Assembly: GCA_038204535.1 (NCBI GenBank)
Contig: JBBRCW010000001.1
Coordinates: 14,619 to 78,618, forward strand
Source of the DNA: Chitinophagales bacterium
GTDB lineage: Bacteria; Bacteroidota; Bacteroidia; Chitinophagales; Chitinophagaceae
Length of the DNA stretch: 64,000 nt
Direction: 5' to 3'
Shown here: one piece after another, positions 57,674-64,000 of the stretch
Position numbering within the stretch: position 1 is the first letter of the stretch
Layout of the letters: each line of letters opens with the position of its first letter
Notes under the pieces: model-generated
Database searches by the model: none
What the model saw: only the letters and a program-made list of their open reading frames with translations
Told to the model about the DNA's origin: nothing
Made by a program: the position numbers and the translations under genes

Positions 57674-58747
57674 TCAATGCATTTTTCTGGCTAATACTTT
57701 TTCGAATCTGGCTACATCAATCTCTGCATCCAGCGGTTTTTCATCAACCAAATATTCGGCAAACTGCCGGGCAAAAAATGGCGCCAGCGAGCAGCCTTTG
57801 GCGCCCATCCCATTAAATATGCCCAGACTTTTAAATTGGGGATGTAACCCGACAAAAGGCCTTCGTTCCAGATTAGCGGGCCGTTCGCTGGCCAGGTGAT
57901 CTACTGTGTTGAACGGCAGTCTTAGCCAATAATTTAGTTGTTCTTCAGCTTTTTTTCGCCAGGCAGGTGTTGGGCGTAAGTCCTTAAATGACCATTCATA
58001 GGTAGAGCCAACCCAAAAAAGATCATGCTTCCAGGGCACAATGTTTAAGCCTTGTTTGTAAATTTTATCCCTTGTCAATCCGGGTATAGAAACAATCAAT
58101 GCCTCGCCCTTCATACGTGTATAAGGAAGGTTTTTAAAGTATGGGTTTTCAAATCCTTCCACACCTTCGCAGCAAATTAACTTGCCGCCTTTTGTATCAT
58201 TATAATGCACTCCATCATTTGAGAACTTGCAATTTTCCCAGCTAAATTTTTCTTCTAAAAGGCTTTTGGATTGTTTTAAATGAATTCTCCAGCCATCCAA
58301 TAAAGGATGAATATCTATCAGCAGGCTGCCTAAAATTTCACCTATGCCATAATTGAACCGAAAGGTTTCTTTCCATTGATCTTCATCGGGATTTCTTTGC
58401 AAATAGGTAGTTTCGTCTTGCAACCTGTTATCAAAAGCTTCCTTCATTTGCGGGGTGGAATGAAAATCGAGGATGGGACAATCATTCACCAGATCAACTC
58501 CCAATTCCTTGCCAATGGTCTCGTATTCATTTAAAGCAAATGGAAGCAATTCGTTGATGCGCCAGGTAGTAGCGATGCGGCGGCCGGTAACAGGATTTAT
58601 TATGCCGCTTGCCACTTTTGACGCCGTAAAGGGCCTGTCCTCATCAATAACCAATACGGTTTTGCCTCTTTTTTGTAATTGCCGGCTAAGCAATGTGCCG
58701 CAGATGCCCTGGCCCAGAATGATATAGTCGTAAGATGAATTCGGCAC
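57674..58747 (-). CDS. FAD-dependent oxidoreductase (DAO/glycine oxidase-like family), GTG start
   Basis: Rossmann motif IILGQGICGTL, ASKVASGIINPVTGRR, and C-terminal RPANLERRPFVG...GIFNGMGAKGCSLAP. Confidence 0.85.
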   Translation of the reverse strand: MPNSSYDYIILGQGICGTLLSRQLQKRGKTVLVIDEDRPFTASKVASGIINPVTGRRIATTWRINELLPFALNEYETIGKELGVDLVNDCPILDFHSTPQMKEAFDNRLQDETTYLQRNPDEDQWKETFRFNYGIGEILGSLLIDIHPLLDGWRIHLKQSKSLLEEKFSWENCKFSNDGVHYNDTKGGKLICCEGVEGFENPYFKNLPYTRMKGEALIVSIPGLTRDKIYKQGLNIVPWKHDLFWVGSTYEWSFKDLRPTPAWRKKAEEQLNYWLRLPFNTVDHLASERPANLERRPFVGLHPQFKSLGIFNGMGAKGCSLAPFFARQFAEYLVDEKPLDAEIDVARFEKVLARKMH

Positions 58748-59006
58748 TTTTTTTATATTTTTTCAATTTAATGCAAACGAAAAATAAATGAATTTAAAGT
58801 GCCAACGCACCAGTTCGGATAATTTTTAGGGGGGAGCCATATTCGGGCTGATCACTCCAGTATTTTTTAATGGCCTTATTTGACTAAGGATGACGTCAGG
58901 AGTACAAGCCAAATGCGGCGATTTTTGTTAGAGCAGTTGTTAACTTTTTATATTATAATTATTAGTTTGCAGGGTAGTGGTACATTTATTAAAATTTTTC
59001 AAGAAC

Positions 59007-59555
59007 ATGAGGCGGTTTTTTTTGTTTGCAATCATTTCGTTTTTATCATTGCAGGGCTCCGCGCAAGGATTTCTGCCTGCGGAATTTATTGGAATGCCGG
59101 TGAGCGGCCGATTTTATCGTTCGGTACCTTTTGACAGCCTTTCAAATAAGAAATGGTCCCTATCAAGATACAGCGGAATTTCAACGTCATTTTCAATTTT
59201 TAACGGAGGGTCGGCAACCGTCTTCTCGGCACCAGTCGGTTTGCAATTAAACCGAAAAATCACCAACAACCTCTATGCATTTGCCGGTGTTAATCTCGCT
59301 CCTTCATATGTAAATTTTAACCAGGCTTTTTTAAATAGTACGGGTGTTAATAAGTTAGCAAACGGCAATTCTTTTATGTATAGCCCCAATGGTTTTGCTT
59401 TATACCGACGCGCCGAATTGGGATTAATGTACACCAATGATGAGCGCACCTTTCAAATTTCGGGAAGTATTGGAATAGAGCGGAAACAGTATCCTGCCTT
59501 TGGCGGATTTCAAAATGTCACTCCTAAAAGCAATCGCCAGATTATTGTCCGGTAG
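59007..59555 (+). CDS. Hypothetical secreted protein (signal peptide)
   Basis: Likely ATG at 59007 (MRRFFLFAIISFLSLQGSAQ is a Sec signal ending in Q, typical of Bacteroidota). The ORF-track start at 58977 is an upstream GTG. Confidence 0.65.
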   Translation: MRRFFLFAIISFLSLQGSAQGFLPAEFIGMPVSGRFYRSVPFDSLSNKKWSLSRYSGISTSFSIFNGGSATVFSAPVGLQLNRKITNNLYAFAGVNLAPSYVNFNQAFLNSTGVNKLANGNSFMYSPNGFALYRRAELGLMYTNDERTFQISGSIGIERKQYPAFGGFQNVTPKSNRQIIVR

Positions 59556-59579
59556 CAGAAAATCAACTTAAAAGAAGGT

Positions 59580-59924
59580 TTATATTTTTCGGGTATTCTT
59601 ATAATTGTTTTTGAGAAGCCACTGCAATACCTTTTCGCGCTGGTCGCCCTGAACTATAATTTGCCCGTCTTTGGCGCTTCCCCCTGTTCCGCAAAAATTT
59701 TTCAGCTTTTTACCCAGGTCTTCCAGGTCTTCATTTTTTCCTGCAAATCCTTCAACCAATGTAACCGCTTTACCTGCCCTATGGCGTTTATCCAGCATAA
59801 TTTTTAATTTCTGTTGCTGGGGCGGCAATGTTTCCAATAATGGGTCTTCGGTATGTTCAAATGAAAAGCCGGGGTCGGTGCTATAAACAAAACCCCTGCT
59901 GTCTGGTTTGTTTTTCTTGTTCAT
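59580..59924 (-). CDS. yciH: Translation initiation factor SUI1/eIF1 homologue
   Basis: RAGKAVTLVEGF, LEDLGKKLKNFCGTGGSAKDGQIIVQGDQREKV. Confidence 0.92.
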   Translation of the reverse strand: MNKKNKPDSRGFVYSTDPGFSFEHTEDPLLETLPPQQQKLKIMLDKRHRAGKAVTLVEGFAGKNEDLEDLGKKLKNFCGTGGSAKDGQIIVQGDQREKVLQWLLKNNYKNTRKI

Positions 59925-59988
59925 ATAAAAATTGACTAATCTTTAATGGTGGTGATAGCTGGTTTCGAAAGAACACGCTGCTGATGAA

Positions 59989-60846
59989 TCAAAACTCAGC
60001 TTTCAGGCTAAGGTCAACGCTTTGAGCCTGGTGAATTAAGGCGCCCACACTTATAAAATCCACACCGGTTTGGGCATATTTTTCAATATTGTCCAGGTTG
60101 ATGCCACCGCTTGATTCTGTTTCAAATTGTTTATCAATAATGGAAAGCGCTTCGCAAATCATCATCGGTGTAAAATTATCAAGCATAACCCTCGATACTT
60201 TACCCAAGCCTGTCGCAACCACCTCTTTTACCTCTTGTAAATTGCGTGTTTCCACCTCAATTTTTAAACCGGGTTTTTTGGCGGTAACATAGTTCCATGC
60301 TTTATTCACTGCTTTTTCAATTCCGCCGCAATAGTCAATATGATTGTCTTTTAGCATGATCATATCATACAAAGCATACCGGTGATTATAACCCCCGCCA
60401 ATACGAACCGCCTCTTTTTCAAGCAATCTGAAGTTGGGCGTTGTTTTTCGGGTGTCCAATATTTTTGTGTGATAGCCCGAGATCTTCTGGCTATATTGAT
60501 GCGTTAATGTAGCAATACCGCACATTCGCTGCATTATATTTAAGACGACACGCTCTGTTTGTAAAATTTTTTGAATTTCGGCTTCCAGGGTAAAAGCTTT
60601 TTCGCCATTTGTCATTTTATCGCCATCTTTTTTATAAAAGGCCAATACAGCGGAACTGTCCACTTTCTTAAAAATATGTTCTGCCACATGCATACCTGCT
60701 AAAATGCCATCTTGCTTAATTTTTAAAACCGCTTTGCCCCGAACGCCGGGCGGAATACAACTAAGAGTACTGTGATCGCCCTCTCCAATATCTTCTTTTA
60801 AAGCTTCGGTAACCAGGTGGTTTAATAAAGGTTGGTAGGTACTCAT
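59989..60846 (-). CDS. nadC: Nicotinate-nucleotide pyrophosphorylase (carboxylating), quinolinate phosphoribosyltransferase
   Basis: ALKEDIGEGDHST, ILDTRKTTPNFRLLEKEAVRIGGG.NHR, MIMLKDNH, KIEVETRNL, VMLDNF, ESSGGI, GVDFISVGALIH. Confidence 0.97.
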   Translation of the reverse strand: MSTYQPLLNHLVTEALKEDIGEGDHSTLSCIPPGVRGKAVLKIKQDGILAGMHVAEHIFKKVDSSAVLAFYKKDGDKMTNGEKAFTLEAEIQKILQTERVVLNIMQRMCGIATLTHQYSQKISGYHTKILDTRKTTPNFRLLEKEAVRIGGGYNHRYALYDMIMLKDNHIDYCGGIEKAVNKAWNYVTAKKPGLKIEVETRNLQEVKEVVATGLGKVSRVMLDNFTPMMICEALSIIDKQFETESSGGINLDNIEKYAQTGVDFISVGALIHQAQSVDLSLKAEF

Positions 60847-60960
60847 GCGGATAAAATTAGAAAAAGAATAATTGATGACCTATTTAGATCAGAATCAACG
60901 CTCACAAACCGTGGTCAAAAGAACTTTTGAAAGTGACGGTTAAATGAATAAATGTTAAGA

Positions 60961-60997
60961 AAAGTCAAAAGCCCCGCTAAGCAGGGCTTTTGACTTT
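60961..60997 (-). terminator. Rho-independent terminator downstream of the 61015-61398 gene
   Basis: Perfect 14-bp inverted repeat aaagtcaaaagccc / gggcttttgacttt with a 9-nt loop, 18 nt past the minus-strand stop. T-rich on the minus strand after the GC core. Confidence 0.8.
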
Positions 60998-61014
60998 CAC
61001 CAGGTCTTTTAAAT

Positions 61015-61398
61015 TTAATTTATTCTTACGGTAATGATCTGGTATTTTCCGTCTTTTAATTTCAGCATAATAGATAGTTTGTAACCATCTGAATTATTTA
61101 ACAATTTTCCGGCTATATACATTGTACCGCTCATTTCGCGTTGCGATGAAAGTTCAAAACCATTGATCTTATTATCATCGTAAAACGACTTTAATGCAAT
61201 ACCTGCCTGGTTTCTGCCAATACTTTTAATCTCGTCTTTATCAGGAAATTTTATATCAAGAATTTTGTCGAAATAGTCTGAAACCGCTTCTGCATTGCCC
61301 GATTTTAATGCGTTAACTATGGGAGTGCCGTCGGTTTGCGCCTTAAAAGACATCCCAACTATCGCTAAAAAGGCAAAAAATAATACTCTTTTCATCAT
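61015..61398 (-). CDS. DUF4783-like secreted protein
   Basis: Signal peptide, then IVNALKSGNAEAVSDYFD..LDI, QAGIALKSFY. Resembles this Bacteroidota family, which is often found near nadC (recalled, not searched). Confidence 0.7.
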   Translation of the reverse strand: MMKRVLFFAFLAIVGMSFKAQTDGTPIVNALKSGNAEAVSDYFDKILDIKFPDKDEIKSIGRNQAGIALKSFYDDNKINGFELSSQREMSGTMYIAGKLLNNSDGYKLSIMLKLKDGKYQIITVRIN

Positions 61399-61511
61399 AA
61401 CTTTTATTAATTAAATCAATCTTCGCTAAAAATATGCCAAACTAATCAATATCTAAAAGGCAGTTTCCTGGCGGTCTCAAAAAGATCCTTCAAATAAAGT
61501 AGCTTTAACGC

Positions 61512-63041
61512 ATGGAAAAAAAACGTGTTATCCTTATAATTATGGACGGTTGGGGTCTCGGAAAAATTAAATCAGCCGATGCAATTCAAAATGCCAACGT
61601 TCCTTTTGTAACCTCTCTATACCAAAAATATCCCAATACAACCCTTATTACCTGCGGCGAAGCAGTGGGCCTGCCAGACGGTCAAATGGGGAACAGCGAA
61701 GTAGGCCATTTAAACTTAGGCGCCGGCCGCGTGGTGTACCAGGAGCTGCAGCGTATTAATGTTGCCATAAGGGATGGAAGTATGTTCACCAATCCTGTTT
61801 TACTGAGAAGTATTCAATATGCAAAAGCAAATAACAAAGCTTTGCATTTAATCGGGTTGGTGAGCGACGGCGGTGTTCACAGCCATATAAATCATGTAAA
61901 AGCGCTTACCACATTTTGTAAAAACGAAGGCTTGACGGAAGTTTACCTGCATGTTTTTACCGATGGACGGGATACCGACCCAAAAAGCGGGTTGGGTTTT
62001 ATAACCGAATTACAACAGCACCTTAATCAATCGGTGGGTAAGATTGCTACTGTTAGCGGCCGTTACTATGCCATGGACAGGGATAAGCGCTGGGAAAGGG
62101 TAAAACTGGCCTACGATGCAATGGTAAATGGCGAAGGCGCAAAGGCAACTGATGCGATCGCGGCTATTGAGCAATCGTATGCGGCAAATGAAACCGATGA
62201 ATTTTTAAAACCAACTGTCGTTGTAAATGAGGCCCGGCAACCATTGGCTACTATTAAAGAGGGTGATGCGGTCATTTGTTTTAATTTCAGGACAGATCGC
62301 TGCCGCGAAATTTCTGAAGTGCTTACCCAAACCGATTTTCCCGCGTTTGGTATGCATAAACTGAACGTGCATTTTACTACCATGACCGAGTACGATGCCA
62401 GCTTCAAAAATGTATCGGTCATTTTTGAAACCGATAATTTAATTAATACGATTGGACAAGTATTAGCCGGGAATGGTAAAAAGCAAATTCGTATAGCCGA
62501 AACTGAAAAATATCCGCACGTAACTTTCTTTTTTAGCGGCGGCAGAGAAGCCATTTTTGATGGCGAAACCCGAATTATAATTCCTTCGCCAAAAGTTGCC
62601 ACCTACGACCTGCAGCCTGAAATGAGTGCTGAAGGCATTACTGATGCCATTGTAGCGGAGTTGAAAAAAGAGGAAGTAGACTTTGTTTGCCTCAATTATG
62701 CCAATGCGGATATGGTAGGCCATACCGGCTTTTTTAATGCAGTGGTTAAGGCAGTTGAAACAGTTGACCGTTGTGTACAAAAGGTGGTAACCACCGCTAT
62801 CGATCATGGCTACACCGTATTTTTGACCGCCGATCATGGTAATGCCGACTTTATGATCAATAACGATGGTTCGCCCAATACTGCTCATTCGTTAAATCCG
62901 GTGCCGTTTTTTATAATCGATAACGAATTTAAAGGAAAGCTAAAGCCCGGAAAATTAGGCGACCTGGCCCCTACTATATTAACCATGATGCAATTACCGG
63001 TACCCAAAGAAATGGCTGGCGATATACTTATTAACCCTTAA
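61512..63041 (+). CDS. gpmI: 2,3-bisphosphoglycerate-independent phosphoglycerate mutase
   Basis: LIIMDGWG, GLPDGQMGNSEVGHLNLGAGR, SDGGVHSH, FTDGRDT, GRYYAMDRD.RWER, FNFRTDR, AETEKYPHVTFFFSGG, NYANADMVGHTG, TADHGNAD. Confidence 0.98.
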   Translation: MEKKRVILIIMDGWGLGKIKSADAIQNANVPFVTSLYQKYPNTTLITCGEAVGLPDGQMGNSEVGHLNLGAGRVVYQELQRINVAIRDGSMFTNPVLLRSIQYAKANNKALHLIGLVSDGGVHSHINHVKALTTFCKNEGLTEVYLHVFTDGRDTDPKSGLGFITELQQHLNQSVGKIATVSGRYYAMDRDKRWERVKLAYDAMVNGEGAKATDAIAAIEQSYAANETDEFLKPTVVVNEARQPLATIKEGDAVICFNFRTDRCREISEVLTQTDFPAFGMHKLNVHFTTMTEYDASFKNVSVIFETDNLINTIGQVLAGNGKKQIRIAETEKYPHVTFFFSGGREAIFDGETRIIIPSPKVATYDLQPEMSAEGITDAIVAELKKEEVDFVCLNYANADMVGHTGFFNAVVKAVETVDRCVQKVVTTAIDHGYTVFLTADHGNADFMINNDGSPNTAHSLNPVPFFIIDNEFKGKLKPGKLGDLAPTILTMMQLPVPKEMAGDILINP

Positions 63042-63054
63042 ATTATCGCCCCTC

Positions 63055-63558
63055 ATGTTTAAAAAGCTGATTGTCTTTTTGGTGGTGCTTTTGATTTTAT
63101 TACAGTTTTACCGGCCCAAACGCAATATATCTGCGGAGCCTATGCCCAACGACATTAGCCAGGTATTTACCGTACCTGGCGATGTGGAAGCGATCTTAAA
63201 AAAATCGTGTAATGATTGCCACAGCAATAATACCTTTTACCCCTGGTATGCTGAGCTTCAGCCGGTGCGCTGGTGGCTTGACGATCATATAGCCGAAGGA
63301 AAAAAAGAGTTGAATTTTAATGAGTTTAAAACCTACAGGCCCGGTAAACAATATAACAAACTGGAAGAGGTTGTTAAAATGGTAAAGGAAGATGAGATGC
63401 CGTTGTCGTCCTACACATTGATACATACCAATGCAAAATTATCCAAAGCGGAGAAGAATAAATTAATAAACTGGGCCAATGACATCCGCGATACCATGAA
63501 AGCAACTTACCCAATAGACAGCCTTGAAAGAAAGAAGCCGCCGGTGTCGGCTAAGTAG
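63055..63558 (+). CDS. Haem-binding domain protein (c-type haem, Haem_bd-like)
   Basis: N-terminal anchor, CNDCHS (CxxCH), YPWYAELQPVRWWL..HI.EGK..LNF, MPL.SY...H..AKLS. Confidence 0.85.
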   Translation: MFKKLIVFLVVLLILLQFYRPKRNISAEPMPNDISQVFTVPGDVEAILKKSCNDCHSNNTFYPWYAELQPVRWWLDDHIAEGKKELNFNEFKTYRPGKQYNKLEEVVKMVKEDEMPLSSYTLIHTNAKLSKAEKNKLINWANDIRDTMKATYPIDSLERKKPPVSAK

Positions 63559-63633
63559 ATTTTTGTGAAATCGAATGATTATTCAGGTGAAGACAGGCAT
63601 TGTTTTTGAAACTTTTTCTAAAAATAAATAGAT

Positions 63634-63870
63634 ATGCAAAACCAAACTTTTCAGTTGTTGATTGATGGAGTACCGTACCAGGTAAATGCCGAAGCTTTTA
63701 AATTTAATGAGGGCGTGCGGTATAAGGTGAGCTATAACCAAAGCGACGATTTTATTTTTGCCTGGGACGATAATGTTGGGCAATATATCTCTATTGATTC
63801 CGATAGTCCCAAAATACCTTCGAACGTTGAAACGGCAATTGCTGTACAATTAGAGCGGATGACCGCCTGA
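63634..63870 (+). CDS. Small hypothetical protein
   Basis: 78-aa ORF co-oriented with its neighbours and with plausible composition. No family recognised. Confidence 0.6.
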   Translation: MQNQTFQLLIDGVPYQVNAEAFKFNEGVRYKVSYNQSDDFIFAWDDNVGQYISIDSDSPKIPSNVETAIAVQLERMTA

Positions 63871-63981
63871 TCTTAATTTATATATTTATTGCTTCCATGG
63901 AATCTCTGCAATGCACGTTGAAAACTATGCTGCATGGTGTAACTTTATGCATTATAAAATTTAATAAACAAACTTTCCATC

Positions 63982-64000
63982 ATGAAAAAAATAACTTTTT
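63982..64000 (+). CDS. Possible start of a gene running off the window (MKKITF...)
   Basis: ATG AAA AAA ATA ACT TTT resembles a Bacteroidota signal-peptide start after an AT-rich spacer. Only 6 codons are visible. Confidence 0.35.

Noticed and set aside
61512-63041. gpmI as a dedicated precursor-supply gene for the FkbH glycerate starter
   Set aside because: It lies 8 kb beyond the cluster among housekeeping genes and is a normal glycolytic enzyme. FkbH uses 1,3-BPG, not the mutase product, so the proximity is probably coincidental.
1-64000. Mobile elements, tRNA or rRNA
   Set aside because: No transposase, integrase, terminal inverted repeat with target duplication, or tRNA/rRNA signature was recognised by eye. 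The aaggatgacgtca at 58886-58898 resembles a short 16S motif but has no surrounding rRNA sequence.

Overview
Bacteroidota DNA, most consistent with Chitinophagaceae (judged from the housekeeping proteins; inference). About 53.5 kb of the 64 kb is one co-oriented (+) non-ribosomal peptide synthetase (NRPS) cluster that runs off the left edge. It comprises the 3' part of an FkbH-like gene and five giant NRPS genes (5934, 2200, 3775, 2722 and 2947 aa). Together these encode an N-terminal starter carrier domain, 14 C-A-T modules, 4 epimerisation (E) domains and a terminal thioesterase (TE) with a Cys nucleophile (GHCTG). Specificity codes read by eye give a tentative product: [glyceryl?]-aromatic(Phe/Tyr?)-Asn-D-Ala-basic?-Leu-Asp-beta-amino acid(beta-Ala?)-Gly-Pro-like-D-Asn-D-Ala-Leu-Asp-D-Ile. 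Unusual points: (1) an FkbH/carrier starter unit; (2) T-E-TE(Cys) termination; (3) a beta-amino-acid-type A domain and a divergent Pro-clade A domain; (4) beta-hairpin/short-motif docking between subunits; (5) 64-95 aa in-frame heptamer-repeat insertions at the same site in three of the four E domains. The right-hand 10 kb holds a wza-like and wcaJ-like pair and ordinary genes (PAP2 phosphatase, FAD oxidoreductase, SUI1/yciH, nadC, DUF4783-like, gpmI, haem-binding protein). No rRNA, tRNA, CRISPR array or transposase was recognised. All domain boundaries and substrate calls are manual and approximate; no database search was run.
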